Origin: a bacterium
GTDB taxonomy: Bacteria > Bacteroidota > Ignavibacteria > UBA10030
Assembly (NCBI GenBank): GCA_043803945.1
Contig: JAZDJN010000038.1
Coordinates: 9,029-73,028, forward strand
Direction: 5' to 3'
DNA length: 64,000 nt
Part shown: positions 28,811 through 39,854 of the stretch, piece after piece
How the letters are laid out: every line of letters begins with the position of its first letter
Numbering within the stretch: the first letter of the stretch is position 1
The notes under the pieces: generated by a model
What the model was told of the DNA's origin: nothing
The model's input: the letters and a program-made list of their open reading frames with translations, nothing else
Databases searched by the model: none
Program-made: the position numbers and the translations under genes

Positions 28811-29803
28811 ATGTCACGACCTATTACATTATTTACCGGACAATGGGCAGACCTGCCTCTAACCACCCTGGCCGAAAAAGCAGCAGCGTGGGGCTACAAT
28901 GGACTCGAACTCGCTTGCTGGGGGGATCACCTCGATGTTGACCGTGGAGCAGTTGATAAGGACTACTGCAAGCGTCAACTCGAAATCCTTCACATTCACA
29001 ACCTGAAACTCTTTGCTATCAGTCATCATCTTGCCGGCCAACTGGTGTGCGACTTGAACAACGACAGCCGCTCGGATGGATTCGCACCATCTTCTTGTAC
29101 CGGCGATGCACAGAAGAAGCGTGCATGGGCTGTGGAGACCATGAAGAATACAGCTCGAACGGCAAAGAACCTGGGCATCTCCATCGTAAATGGATTTACC
29201 GGCTCTTCCATCTGGCATTTGATCTACAGCTTCCCGCCTGTGACCGATGCAATGGTTGAGGAGGGGTATCAATACTTTGCGAAAATGTGGAATCCCATCC
29301 TCGATGTGTTTGATGAATGCGGTGTTCGTTTCGGGCTTGAGGTTCATCCTACGGAGATCGCATTTGACATCGTGACAGCTCATCGTGCTCTTGAAGCGAT
29401 CGGAAAGAGAAAAGCATTTGGCTTCAACTTCGACCCAAGCCACTTCCTCTGGCAATTGGTGGACCCGGTTCGGTTCATTGAAGAATTTCCTGATCGCATT
29501 TTCCATGTGCACATGAAAGACGCCGCCCTGCAGCTTGATGGGAGGAGCGGCATTCTCGGCTCTCATCTGAATTTTGGTGTTCGCGGGCGCGGCTGGGATT
29601 TTCGTTCTCTTGGCCGCGGCTCGGTAAAATTTGAGGAGATTATTCGGGGGTTGAACCATATCAATTATACCGGACCTTTTTCTGTAGAGTGGGAAGATAG
29701 CGGTATGGAACGGGAGCATGGCGCGCGTGAAGCATGTGAGTATGTCCATAAAATTGATTTTCTGCCATCGAAGATTGCCTTCGATGGAGCCTTCGACAAG
29801 TAA
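28811..29803 (+). CDS. Sugar phosphate isomerase/epimerase (IolE/xylose-isomerase-like TIM barrel)
   Basis: LFTGQWADL, GLELACWGDH, LEVHPTEIAFD, FDPSH, HVHMKD, SVEWED. Confidence 0.85.
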   Translation: MSRPITLFTGQWADLPLTTLAEKAAAWGYNGLELACWGDHLDVDRGAVDKDYCKRQLEILHIHNLKLFAISHHLAGQLVCDLNNDSRSDGFAPSSCTGDAQKKRAWAVETMKNTARTAKNLGISIVNGFTGSSIWHLIYSFPPVTDAMVEEGYQYFAKMWNPILDVFDECGVRFGLEVHPTEIAFDIVTAHRALEAIGKRKAFGFNFDPSHFLWQLVDPVRFIEEFPDRIFHVHMKDAALQLDGRSGILGSHLNFGVRGRGWDFRSLGRGSVKFEEIIRGLNHINYTGPFSVEWEDSGMEREHGAREACEYVHKIDFLPSKIAFDGAFDK

Positions 29804-29830
29804 TCGTCTCTGTCTACGAGGAGAGAACAG

Positions 29831-31149
29831 GTGAAGAACAATTCAAGAAAACACGCCGCGACTTTCTGAAAAAAGCGTCGGCGCTAACTCTCGGTGCCGT
29901 TGGATTCCCGATGATTATTCCCTCATCTGCGCTGGGACGTTCTGGTGCAATTCCGCCGAGCGACCGGATCGCTATCGGTTGTATCGGTGTCGGCGGCATG
30001 GGAACGGGCAATATGCAAAGCTTCCTCGAAAAGCCTGAAGCACAGATTGTTGCTGTGTGTGATGTGGACCGCGGCCACCGGAAGCAAGCGGTAAAAATTG
30101 TTGAAGAGAAGAGCGGTAAAAAAGGGTGTGCAGAGTATAATGACTTCCGTGAACTTCTGGCAAGAACTGATCTGCATGTGATAAGCCTGGCAACCCCTGA
30201 TCACTGGCATGCGCTGATTGCAGTGGCGGCGGCACAAAAGGGTCTCGATGTCTATGGAGAGAAACCGCTTGGATATACGATTGCAGAAGGACGTGCGATT
30301 GTCAATGCAGTCGAACGATACGGATTGGTGTGGCAGACTGGAAGCTGGCAGCGCTCACAACGAAATTTTCGGTACGCATGCGAGTTGGTCCGGAATGGCA
30401 GGATCGGAAAAATCCACACCGTACGCGTCGGACTTCCTTACGGCCACAGCATCTCCGATCAGGGAGGATATAGTCCGGCTCAGGTACCGGATGGATTCGA
30501 TTACGAAATGTGGCTCGGTCCGGCTCCACATGTCCCATACTGCCCCAACCGCTGCCATTGGAATTTCCGTTGGATCAGTGATTATTCCGGAGGACAATTA
30601 ACCGACTGGGCTGGGCATCACATCGATATCGCTCAGTGGGGAATGAATACCGAACTTACGAGCCCAGTCGAGATTGAAGGTGTTGCAGCGTTTCCTAACG
30701 CCAAGGATGGCCTCTTCGATACTGCAGTTGGTTACCGCTTTACCTGTAAATACAACGAGGGCTTCACAATGATTGTAGCCGATAAAACACAACAGCCGAA
30801 GGGAATGGGAGTTCAATTCGAGGGTTCGGATGGCTGGATCTGGGTCGACAGGAGCGGCATCAATGCTTCAGATAAAAGTCTTCTTACTTCAGTGATTGGG
30901 CCGAATGAAATTCATCTTTATAATAGTGAAGATCACCATCAGAACTTCCTGGATTGCGTTAAGAGTCGTGCGGAAACGATCACGCCGGCAAAGATCGCTC
31001 ATCGCTCAATTATGGTCGGGCACCTTGGCTTGATTGCAATGAAACTGGGCCGTAAAGTTTCATGGGATCCCAAGGCGGAGCGATTCAATAACGATCCGGA
31101 AGCCGACAGATTTTTATCCCGGCCGATGCGAAGCCCCTGGCATCTATGA
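29831..31149 (+). CDS. Tat-exported Gfo/Idh/MocA oxidoreductase (start codon out of frame; possible 1-bp deletion near 29850)
   Basis: The reading frame contains TRRDFLKKA upstream of ATG 29911; IGVGGMG, TPDHWH, GEKP, QTGSWQRS, WLGPAP, DWAGHH. The RBS GAGGAG + GTG at 29831 is in a different frame. Confidence 0.8.
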
Positions 31150-32474
31150 TCGGGAAAAGCAGGAATATCGCAAGGGGCCGGCGTACATTTCTGAAGAAAG
31201 CTGCTGCTGCCACAATCGGAACGATTGGATTTCCTCTCTTCATTCCATCAACTGCTCTTGGCCGCTTAGGTGCCGTTCCGCCAAGCGACCGGATCGCTAT
31301 CGGTTGTATTGGTGTCGGTGGAATGGGAATGTCGAACCTGAATAGTTTTCTCGGAAAACCCGATGCAGAGATTGTCGCAATATGCGATGTGGATAGGAAT
31401 CATCGTGAGAAAGCCAGGGCAACCATTCAGGAGAAGTCGGGGAAGAAGGGTTGTGTATCGTACAATGATTTTCGGGAATTGATTGCACGAGATGATCTCG
31501 AGGCAGTGAGTATCGCGACTCCCGATCACTGGCATGCATTGATCGCCATCGCTGCTGCAAAAAAAGGATTGGATATCTACTGTGAGAAACCGGTTTCCTA
31601 TTCTATTGCCGAAGGCCGTGCGATGGCCGATGCAGTTGGCCGTTATGGTGTGATCTTTCAAACTGGCAGTTGGCAGCGCTCGGTGAGGAACTTCCGCTAT
31701 GCATGTGAACTGGTTAGAAACGGCAGGATCGGAAAAGTCCATACTGTTCGTGTCGGCCTACCCTATGGCTTGAGTATTGCCGATCAGGGTGGGAATCAGA
31801 TCGCTCCTGTTCCCCAGGGATTCGATTATGATCTCTGGTTAGGCCCTGCCCCGTTTGTTCCCTACGTTCCAAACCGGTGCCATTATAACTTTCGATGGAA
31901 TACCGATTACTCCGGCGGACACATTACCGATTGGGGTGCGCATCATTGCGACATAGCTCAGTGGGGAATGGGAACAGAGCACACCGGACCGGTGGCAGTG
32001 GAGGGTACAGCAACATTTCCGAACGGTGAGGAGGGACTGTTCAATACTCCAACCAGCTTCAGGTTTCTCTGTACTTATAATGAAGGATTTACATTGATTG
32101 TGGCGGATGAACGTCAGCAGCCGAAAGGAATGGGAGTGCAATTTGAAGGAACCGAGGGATGGCTCTGGATTGACCGAAGCGGATTGGATGCTTCGAATAA
32201 ATCAGTCTTGAAATCTGTGATACGTAGCAATGAAATTCATTTGATGAAAAGTATTGACCACCATCAAAATTTTCTTGATTGTATAAGAACACGGTCGGCG
32301 ACGATTACTCCTGCCGAACTCGCTCATCGCTCGATCACCGTTTGTCATCTTGGCTCTATTGCATTGAGACTGGGTCGGAAAGTTTCCTGGGATCCTCAGC
32401 GTGAACAGTTCGTGAACGATCCGGAAGCTCAACGGTTGTTATCCCGGCCGATGAGAAGTCCCTGGTCGATATAA
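31146..32474 (+). CDS. Tat-exported Gfo/Idh/MocA oxidoreductase, tandem paralog of the upstream gene
   Basis: GRRTFLKKA; long blocks identical to the upstream ORF (RNFRYACELVRNGRIGK, QPKGMGVQFEG, SRPMRSPW). Confidence 0.9.
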   Translation: MIGKSRNIARGRRTFLKKAAAATIGTIGFPLFIPSTALGRLGAVPPSDRIAIGCIGVGGMGMSNLNSFLGKPDAEIVAICDVDRNHREKARATIQEKSGKKGCVSYNDFRELIARDDLEAVSIATPDHWHALIAIAAAKKGLDIYCEKPVSYSIAEGRAMADAVGRYGVIFQTGSWQRSVRNFRYACELVRNGRIGKVHTVRVGLPYGLSIADQGGNQIAPVPQGFDYDLWLGPAPFVPYVPNRCHYNFRWNTDYSGGHITDWGAHHCDIAQWGMGTEHTGPVAVEGTATFPNGEEGLFNTPTSFRFLCTYNEGFTLIVADERQQPKGMGVQFEGTEGWLWIDRSGLDASNKSVLKSVIRSNEIHLMKSIDHHQNFLDCIRTRSATITPAELAHRSITVCHLGSIALRLGRKVSWDPQREQFVNDPEAQRLLSRPMRSPWSI

Positions 32475-32503
32475 AATGATTTGAACCTGTAAAGGAACGA
32501 CTT

Positions 32504-35050
32504 ATGAAACATCGGGTATCAGTATCGTTGTTCACAATTCTTATTGTTTCCATAACGCTGAGTGTTCATGCTCTTGCTCAGCCTTCCGATCAGAGCATCC
32601 TGACCACACTGCTGAAGCAAATTGCCTCATATCACTATGGCGAAAGCCGGAAACCCATGATTGACCTCGATGAGTTCATCCGGAAAATCTCCAATCTGCC
32701 GGAGGAGCGGCAAAAGATCATAAATCAATTCCAGGAATTCCTCCGCAGCGATGCCACGGTCGATGGGAAACAATTCATCTGTTCGCGACTTGCTCTCTTT
32801 GGAAGCGACACCTCTGTACCGCTTTTCGTCTCAATGCTTACTAATGACTTGACAACCGATATGGCGTTGTCCGCTCTCGAGACTATGCAAAGTGCGAAGG
32901 CAGATGAAGCTCTTCTTCAAGCATTACCCTCTTCCAGTGGCCGAGTAACAATTGGTATTCTTAGTGCACTCTCGAATCATAGAGTACGGAAGGCAATTCC
33001 TTCAATCCGGCCATTCCTCCAGCATCAGGATCAATCCATTGCAGCCGCAGCCATCTCGGCGATTGGACATATCGGTACTCTGGTCTCCCTGGAGTTGTTA
33101 AAAGAATTTTCTCAGAATGTGAAGCCTGAAATGCGGGAGCATCTTTTCGATGCAATGCTGATCACAGCCGGCCATCTGATGAACGAAAGGATGAAGGAGT
33201 TATCGCACTCGATATACACGGAATTAAGCAGCGGCGAGCATCCTCTGCCGATCCGATCAGCAGCATTGCGAGGCATGATCCTTACCGATCCAGGTATTGC
33301 TTCATCATTAATTAGTGCAACACTCAAAGGTAAGGAGTCCGGTCTCCATTCCGCTGCGGTTCAACTGGTTCGGGAATTAACCGACATTGGGCAAATTCGC
33401 GAAATTGCAAAGACGTTTCCCGATCTTCCTGCTGCAGGACAGGTACAATTGCTTACGGCATTTTCCCATCATCGCGATGCCGAGGTTGTAAAAACCGTTG
33501 TGGGAGCATTAGGAAGTAAACAGGCCGAAGTTCGTACGGCTGCACTGAGAACGCTGGGATCCAATGGAGATGCTTCAGTTGTACCGCTCCTCGCGGCGGC
33601 CGCCACAGCCAAAGGTTTTGAACAAAAGGAGGCGAGAATAAGTCTCGTCCAACTTAACGCTCCCGGTGTCGAGGAGGCCATCGTTCGGGAAATGACTCGC
33701 ACTACCGGAGCGGTAAAAGGAGAGTTAGTAAAGGCCGTTGGCGAGCGGAAAATTATCTCTGCCCTGCCTCTTGTGTTGCAATCTGCACGAGACAATTCCA
33801 TGCCGGTTCGCATCGAATGTATCAAAGTGCTTCGCTCTCTGGCAACCGCCGATCAACTGCCGCCAATCGTTGAGTTACTTGTGCTGTCAAACAATGAACG
33901 TGAAGAACAGGAGCTGCAAAACGCCATCATTGCGATAGCTAAACGTATTGCCAATCCTGCGGTTCGGGATGCAGCGGTACTTGCCGAGTATCTTCCTCTG
34001 AAAAAGGAGGTGAAGCGCGCATCATTTATTAAAGTACTGGGAAAGATCGGTGCTCCGGCGTCGTTGGCTCCCTTGCGCTCGGCGCTGGAAGAAAAGAATT
34101 TTTTGTTGCGGCTCGCGGCGATCCGTGCACTTTCCGAATGGCCGACAGCGGCAGCATTTGCCGATCTCTGGAAAATAGCTACCGCGACAAAAGAGCCAAC
34201 CGCAAAAACTCTTTCCCTGCGAGGCGCCGTTGCTCTGATTGGATTGGATGCAAACCGCACGGGCGACGAACTCACAAAAATCTATCGTGAAGCAATGGCC
34301 ATTGCTCCGAATAAAGAGGAGCAAAAATATCTGCTTTCCCTCATCGGACAGGCACAATCAGTGGCGGCGTTCCAACTGGCGTCGAGCTACGTGAAGGATA
34401 CGAATCTCAAAAGTGAAGCCGCTGTTGCTGCGGTTGCCATCGGTGAAGCAATTGCAGGGACAGCGAGCTCTGATCTTAAAGCCGGTTTGACCCAGGTGAT
34501 TGCATCTTCAGCAAGTGACTCAGTAAAAAACCGTGCAAAAAAAATATTCAAGAATATCGAGCGGCTCGAAGATCATATCACAGACTGGGAGTATGCCGGT
34601 CCATACTCAAAAAAGGATGCCTCATTGTTCAAGGAACCGTTTGCACCGGAGGGACCTGATGCTGCAGCAGTGGTATGGAAGCTCTTCAAGAGTATGACGG
34701 ATTCCTCTCGACTCTGGCGGCTTGAGTTCGATAAAGTGTTCAAGGAAGATAATCAGGTGGTCTACATTCGTACAAATGTTTGGTCGCCGATGGAACAGCC
34801 GGCACGATTGGAACTGGGGAGCGATGAAGGTGTAAAGGCATGGCTTAACAGTGCCATGGTTCATGAAAAAGAAGCTTCACGCACCGTGTCACCTGGCGAC
34901 GATATTGTTATGGTAACATTGAAGCAGGGATGGAATGTCTTGATGATGAAAATTAACAATGGAGGCGGAAGCTGGGGTGCCTGTGCTCGTTTCCGCTTAC
35001 CCGATGGGAAAAAGTTGGATGGCCTTCGAATCTCAATAAACACAAATTGA
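32504..35050 (+). CDS. Secreted HEAT-repeat protein with C-terminal beta-sandwich (PA14/galactose-binding-like) domain
   Basis: Signal peptide; repeats VRTAALRTLG and LAAIRALSEWP; C-terminal WEYAGPY...LGSDEGVKAWLN...LKQGWN.LMMKI. Confidence 0.75.
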   Translation: MKHRVSVSLFTILIVSITLSVHALAQPSDQSILTTLLKQIASYHYGESRKPMIDLDEFIRKISNLPEERQKIINQFQEFLRSDATVDGKQFICSRLALFGSDTSVPLFVSMLTNDLTTDMALSALETMQSAKADEALLQALPSSSGRVTIGILSALSNHRVRKAIPSIRPFLQHQDQSIAAAAISAIGHIGTLVSLELLKEFSQNVKPEMREHLFDAMLITAGHLMNERMKELSHSIYTELSSGEHPLPIRSAALRGMILTDPGIASSLISATLKGKESGLHSAAVQLVRELTDIGQIREIAKTFPDLPAAGQVQLLTAFSHHRDAEVVKTVVGALGSKQAEVRTAALRTLGSNGDASVVPLLAAAATAKGFEQKEARISLVQLNAPGVEEAIVREMTRTTGAVKGELVKAVGERKIISALPLVLQSARDNSMPVRIECIKVLRSLATADQLPPIVELLVLSNNEREEQELQNAIIAIAKRIANPAVRDAAVLAEYLPLKKEVKRASFIKVLGKIGAPASLAPLRSALEEKNFLLRLAAIRALSEWPTAAAFADLWKIATATKEPTAKTLSLRGAVALIGLDANRTGDELTKIYREAMAIAPNKEEQKYLLSLIGQAQSVAAFQLASSYVKDTNLKSEAAVAAVAIGEAIAGTASSDLKAGLTQVIASSASDSVKNRAKKIFKNIERLEDHITDWEYAGPYSKKDASLFKEPFAPEGPDAAAVVWKLFKSMTDSSRLWRLEFDKVFKEDNQVVYIRTNVWSPMEQPARLELGSDEGVKAWLNSAMVHEKEASRTVSPGDDIVMVTLKQGWNVLMMKINNGGGSWGACARFRLPDGKKLDGLRISINTN

Positions 35051-35065
35051 TGCAAAGGGATCCTT

Positions 35066-36127
35066 ATGAAGAATTCATCACTGTTGTTCTCGTGTCTCAT
35101 CGTCGTTCTCGGATTGCTTCTCTCTTCCTGTGCTCCGTCTGCTTCAGTCATCAAATCTGACACTGGATCTCCTGATCCGGTAATGGGTGACTGGCAGGGT
35201 CACATCGTTGGATACACCGGATTTGTAGAGCCGATCGTCCTCCAGGCTATCGCCCTGGGCGGTGACCGTTATAGATTCAATGTGGGTAGCAAATTTGATA
35301 CGCGCGAAACAGGCTTCTTCAATAATATGTCATTCGAAGTATTGAAAGCTGGTGCACACTTTATTCCTGCCGATAGCGCAGCATCCAAGGAGGAAAAGGA
35401 TGCATTTCTCATGGTTATGGATGATGGTGTCATTTCCGGTAAGACGGCAATGAAAGAGGCAGTTTCATTTTTAGCAAGGAAAGTGACCCGGCTCTCACCA
35501 AACCTCAAGGCGAAACCGCCTGCTGGAGCAATAGTCCTCTTCGATGGTACCTCGCTTGACGCGTGGGAATCCCGTGATGTGAAGAAGAAGGGAACACCCG
35601 CTGCTTGGAAACTAACGCAAGGGGCAATGGAAGTTATGCCAGGCACAGGAGATATTGTCACAAAACAGAAGTTCACCGATTTCCGGCTCCATGTGGAATT
35701 CCGAAGTCCATTTATGCCGGAAGCGAAGGGACAAGCACGCGGAAACAGCGGAGTCTATTTACAGGGACGCTATGAAGTCCAGGTGCTCGATAGTTACGGA
35801 CTCAGCGGAGAAGATAATGAATGCGGCGGCATTTATAAGGTCGCGAAACCCCGCGTGAATATGTGTGCTCCGCCAATGCAGTGGCAATCATACGATATCA
35901 CATTCCATGCTCCCCGGTTTGATAAGGATGGAAAGAAAATAAAAGATGCGCTTCTAACGGTGAGCCATAATGGTGTGAGTATCCATGAAGATCTCACGAT
36001 TCCCGGACTAACCGGCGGTGCCGTTGATGACGATGTGAAACTTCCGGGAGGAATTCTCTTTCAGGATCATGGCAACCTGGTCCAGTACAGAAATATTTGG
36101 CTTGTTGAATTGAAGAATTCGCGCTAA
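35066..36127 (+). CDS. Lipoprotein with DUF1080 (3-keto-disaccharide hydrolase family) domain
   Basis: Lipobox LLSSC; LFDGTSLDAW, DFRLHVEF, GNSGVYLQGRYEVQVLDS, QDHGN.V.YRNIW. Confidence 0.85.
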   Translation: MKNSSLLFSCLIVVLGLLLSSCAPSASVIKSDTGSPDPVMGDWQGHIVGYTGFVEPIVLQAIALGGDRYRFNVGSKFDTRETGFFNNMSFEVLKAGAHFIPADSAASKEEKDAFLMVMDDGVISGKTAMKEAVSFLARKVTRLSPNLKAKPPAGAIVLFDGTSLDAWESRDVKKKGTPAAWKLTQGAMEVMPGTGDIVTKQKFTDFRLHVEFRSPFMPEAKGQARGNSGVYLQGRYEVQVLDSYGLSGEDNECGGIYKVAKPRVNMCAPPMQWQSYDITFHAPRFDKDGKKIKDALLTVSHNGVSIHEDLTIPGLTGGAVDDDVKLPGGILFQDHGNLVQYRNIWLVELKNSR

Positions 36128-36135
36128 AACCATTT

Positions 36136-36233
36136 GCCACGAAGTCACAAAGACACGAAGGTACACGAAAACATTGTAAGTTTTATAAAATATCATTGTT
36201 CATATACTCTTTGTACCCTGATGTCTTTGTGGC
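36136..36233. repeat. Inverted-repeat element with ~9-bp period
   Basis: GCCACGAAGTCACAAAGACACGAAGGTACACGAA, AT-rich spacer, CTTTGTACCCTGATGTCTTTGTGGC; same architecture as 5615-5710. Confidence 0.6.
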
Positions 36234-36276
36234 TATTGTTGCTCAGTGAGTATTAGAGAAAGAAGACAAGAAAATT

Positions 36277-37344
36277 GTGAAAAGCGTACGAGCTGTTGTC
36301 GTTGGCTGTGGAACTATGGGTTCATCTCATGCTCGTGCGTATGCAGGAAATGAAGGATTTGAACTCGTTGGCCTTGTCGATCGCTCGGCAGAGAAAGCAG
36401 AATCCTTATCGAAGGAGTTGGGAAATGTTCCCGTGTTTCCTTCGCTGGATGAGGCAATCAAAGCAGCGCATCCGGATGCCGCTGCCATCTGTACGTATCC
36501 GGAAACGCATTTTGTATTGACCCATCAATCGATCATGGCAGGGCTCCATGTGTTTGTGGAAAAGCCAATCGCTGCAACGGTGCAGGAGGCAACTGCAATT
36601 GCCCGACTGGCTGCAGAAAAGAACAGGAAAGTAGTTGTGGGATACATTCTCCGGCATCACCCGGTGTGGCAGCGCTTCATCGAAGAGGCACGACAACTGG
36701 GCAAACCGCTCGTGATGAGAATGAATTTAAATCAGCAAAGCAGCGGCTCCGCATGGGAAGTCCATAAAAACCTCATGCGGTCCATGTCTCCCATTGTCGA
36801 TTGCGGAGTCCACTATGTCGATGTCATGTGCCAGATGACGCGGTCACAGCCGGTTCGCGTGCAGGCAATCGGAGCGCGTTTGACGGAAGAGATCGATAAT
36901 GCCATGTACAATTATGGACATCTCCATGTCGTCTTCGAAGATGGATCCGTCGGTTGGTATGAAGCCGGCTGGGGACCGATGATGAGCGAGGTTGCCTTCT
37001 TCGTCAAGGATGTCATCGGCCCTCGCGGGTGTGTGAGCATTGCCGAACGGCAGGCGGTACAAGGCGGTGACTCCTCAGACATCGATTCGCATACCAAGAC
37101 CAGCAGTCTCGTCAAGCATGACGCTGCAACAATGCAGAATACACGAATCGATACCAGTGATGAGCCTGGCCATCAGGAATTGTGCAACCGGGAGCAGATG
37201 CACTTTCTGCACGCCATCCAGGAGAATTTAGATCTCACCGACCATCTCAGCGATGCCGTGAATAGTCTGCGTATCGTGCTTGCTGCCGATGAATCCGTAC
37301 GAACAGGAACGATAGTCCATCTTACAGAACGAGGATCACTATGA
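36277..37344 (+). CDS. Gfo/Idh/MocA oxidoreductase (cytoplasmic)
   Basis: VVGCGTMG.SHA, VEKP, VGYILRHHP, DCGVHY, WYEAGWGPM. Confidence 0.85.
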   Translation: MKSVRAVVVGCGTMGSSHARAYAGNEGFELVGLVDRSAEKAESLSKELGNVPVFPSLDEAIKAAHPDAAAICTYPETHFVLTHQSIMAGLHVFVEKPIAATVQEATAIARLAAEKNRKVVVGYILRHHPVWQRFIEEARQLGKPLVMRMNLNQQSSGSAWEVHKNLMRSMSPIVDCGVHYVDVMCQMTRSQPVRVQAIGARLTEEIDNAMYNYGHLHVVFEDGSVGWYEAGWGPMMSEVAFFVKDVIGPRGCVSIAERQAVQGGDSSDIDSHTKTSSLVKHDAATMQNTRIDTSDEPGHQELCNREQMHFLHAIQENLDLTDHLSDAVNSLRIVLAADESVRTGTIVHLTERGSL

Positions 37345-38567
37345 AAAAATCGATTTATTTTCAGCTCAGCGGAATGATGTTTCTGGAATTCTTCGTCTGG
37401 GGCGCATGGTATGTGACCGTGGGGAATTACATGAGCAAGATTGGAATGACGGATGTCATTTACTGGGCGTACACCGTCGGGCCAATCGGTGCCATCATTT
37501 CCCCCTTCTTTCTCGGAATGGTTGCCGATCGATTTTTCTCGACGGAAAAAGTACTCGGTGTACTGCATCTCATCGGCGGTGTAGCGATCTTTCTCGCACC
37601 CCTGGCAGCCGATGCCGGAGCGGCTGGATGGTTTATTGCCCTTCTGCTCATTCACATGATTTGCTATATGCCGACGGTCGGACTTGCAAATGCCCTTGCT
37701 TTCCACCATATGACCGAGCAGGAAAAATATTTTCCCATCATCCGTGTCTTTGGTACAATTGGATGGATCGTTGCCGGAATTCTCGTCAGTGCTGTGCTCG
37801 GTGCCGATGAAACAAGCTTGCCGCTTCGCATCGCCGGGATAGCCGGAATGATTCTTGGCGGCTACGCATTCACACTTCCACACACGCCTCCATCGGCAAA
37901 AGAACAGGTCACAATTCGCAAGGTACTTGGATTGGATGCGCTTGCTCAGTTGAAGAGCCGCTCGTTCCTGGTCTTCATCATCAGTTCATTCCTCATCTGT
38001 ATTCCGCTCTCGGCATATTATGCTTACGCTCCAGTCTTCGTCAATTTCAATCAGATCGAGAGCCCCGGCTTTAAAATGACCTTTGGCCAGATGTCCGAAA
38101 CGCTCTTCATTGTCCTGCTGCCGCTCTTTTTCCGGTTTATGAAAATTAAATGGATCCTGCTTGTGGGTATGTTCGCCTGGGTTCTGCGGTATGTACTCTT
38201 TGCCCTTGCTGCTCCGTCAGCAATATTCTGGATGATCATGGGCGGCATTCTTCTCCACGGCATTTGTTACGATTTCTTTTTTGTGGCAGGACAGATTTAT
38301 GTCGACAAGATTTCAACACGGGAAATTCGCGGACAGGCACAGGGATTTCTCGTACTCATGACCTATGGTGCCGGGATGCTGATTGGTGCACAGATTTCCG
38401 GCTGGCTGTATAATGGGATTGTGACTGCAACTGGTCCCGAGGCAGCTCAGCAATGGCAAACCTTCTGGAGTATACCAGCAGCTCTTGCCGGAATCATCTT
38501 GATTGTCTTTGGATTGTTTTTTAACAATAAAAAAGAGACTGTTTCTGAAACCATAATATCATCATAG
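37341..38567 (+). CDS. MFS nucleoside:H+ symporter (NupG/XapB-like) family permease
   Basis: MMFLEFFVWGAW, ADRFF, YMPT, IRVFGTIGW, GQMSE, LHGICYDFFFV.GQIY; about 12 TM segments. Confidence 0.85.
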   Translation: MKKSIYFQLSGMMFLEFFVWGAWYVTVGNYMSKIGMTDVIYWAYTVGPIGAIISPFFLGMVADRFFSTEKVLGVLHLIGGVAIFLAPLAADAGAAGWFIALLLIHMICYMPTVGLANALAFHHMTEQEKYFPIIRVFGTIGWIVAGILVSAVLGADETSLPLRIAGIAGMILGGYAFTLPHTPPSAKEQVTIRKVLGLDALAQLKSRSFLVFIISSFLICIPLSAYYAYAPVFVNFNQIESPGFKMTFGQMSETLFIVLLPLFFRFMKIKWILLVGMFAWVLRYVLFALAAPSAIFWMIMGGILLHGICYDFFFVAGQIYVDKISTREIRGQAQGFLVLMTYGAGMLIGAQISGWLYNGIVTATGPEAAQQWQTFWSIPAALAGIILIVFGLFFNNKKETVSETIISS

Positions 38568-38578
38568 AGAGGGTATCG

Positions 38579-39838
38579 ATGGAACTCACTCGTCGAAAGT
38601 TCATTACTACATCTCTGGCTGCCGGAGTATTCACCATCGTGCCGCGGCGCGTTCTTGGTGGTGCTGGCTATACTGCCCCGAGCGATGAATTAGCCAAAGC
38701 CGTTATTGGTGTCGGAGGTATGGGACATTGGCATCTTGGGAAAACTGGGGAACGATTACTTGCCGTCTGCGATGTAGACGAAGATCATATGAAGGAAGGA
38801 ATGGAGATCGGCGGGCCCGATGTCAAAGGCTATCGCGATTTCCGTGAAGTGCTCGAACGGAAAGATATCGATGTTGTCCATATTGCGACTCCGCCGCACT
38901 GGCATGGCCTCATTGCAATCGCTGCGGCGAAGGCAGGGAAGGATATCTGGTGCGAGAAACCGATGACCCGCACGATCGCTGAAGGAGAAAAAGTGGTCGA
39001 AGCGGTGAACACCTACGGGCGGATGTTCCGCATCAACACCTGGTGGCGGTATACCTCGGATCAATTTTACGGCAGCGGTGCCTCAGCGCGAGAATTCAGA
39101 CGCGTGACACAAAGCGGCCTTCTCGGCTGGCCCCTGACCGTCACGATAGCGGCACAGACAGGATTCGACTGGAAGTTTTACTGGAGCGGCAAGACCGACC
39201 TGATCCCTCAGTGGATTCCACCGCAACTGGATTATGATTTCTGGCTTGGTCCTGCTCCATATAAGCCTTACCATCAACATCGTGTTCACGAGACATTCCG
39301 TGGTTACTGGGATTATGATGGTGGAGGACTCGGAGATATGGGGCAACATTATCTCGATGGCACGCAATACCTGCTCGGAAAAGATGAGGAAAGCCCTGTC
39401 GAAGTTGAGGTTGATGCTCCCCCTCAGCATCCTGAGGCGGCTGCCTTCTTCCGAACCATTGTCCTCAAGTACGCCGATGGCTGCAAGATCGTACTCGAGG
39501 CGAGGGAAGAAAAACAGGATGTTCCCTTCATTGAGGGACCGAACGGCAAACTCTACAAAGGATTCAAGTGTACTATTCCCAAATTCAAGGAGAAGCTTGC
39601 ATCGTTCCCCGAAGCGGAACCGCAAATCAGTGATTTCAATGTTGCTGTTCGAACGAGAAAGCGGTTTGCTTTGAATGAACTCAACGGCCATCGTTCATCG
39701 ACAATTGTGAACCTTGCTAAAATTGCTTGGCAGTTGAATCGCGGAATCAAATTTGATCCGGCAACCCAGCGATGCAACAATGACGAGCAGGCAAACCGGC
39801 TGATCAATCCACCCATGCGCGCCCCGTGGCACTTATAA
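38579..39838 (+). CDS. Tat-exported Gfo/Idh/MocA oxidoreductase
   Basis: LTRRKFI, IVPRRVLGG.GY.APSD, TPPHWH, CEKP, WLGPAP, GDMGQHY. Confidence 0.9.
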   Translation: MELTRRKFITTSLAAGVFTIVPRRVLGGAGYTAPSDELAKAVIGVGGMGHWHLGKTGERLLAVCDVDEDHMKEGMEIGGPDVKGYRDFREVLERKDIDVVHIATPPHWHGLIAIAAAKAGKDIWCEKPMTRTIAEGEKVVEAVNTYGRMFRINTWWRYTSDQFYGSGASAREFRRVTQSGLLGWPLTVTIAAQTGFDWKFYWSGKTDLIPQWIPPQLDYDFWLGPAPYKPYHQHRVHETFRGYWDYDGGGLGDMGQHYLDGTQYLLGKDEESPVEVEVDAPPQHPEAAAFFRTIVLKYADGCKIVLEAREEKQDVPFIEGPNGKLYKGFKCTIPKFKEKLASFPEAEPQISDFNVAVRTRKRFALNELNGHRSSTIVNLAKIAWQLNRGIKFDPATQRCNNDEQANRLINPPMRAPWHL

Positions 39839-39854
39839 GAGGAGAATACCAGCC

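Noticed and set aside
28859-29749. Long antisense ORFs (296 aa here; also 14789-15646, 37173-37883, 41844-42593)
   Set aside because: They lie opposite well-supported genes and show no recognisable motifs; they are shadow ORFs.
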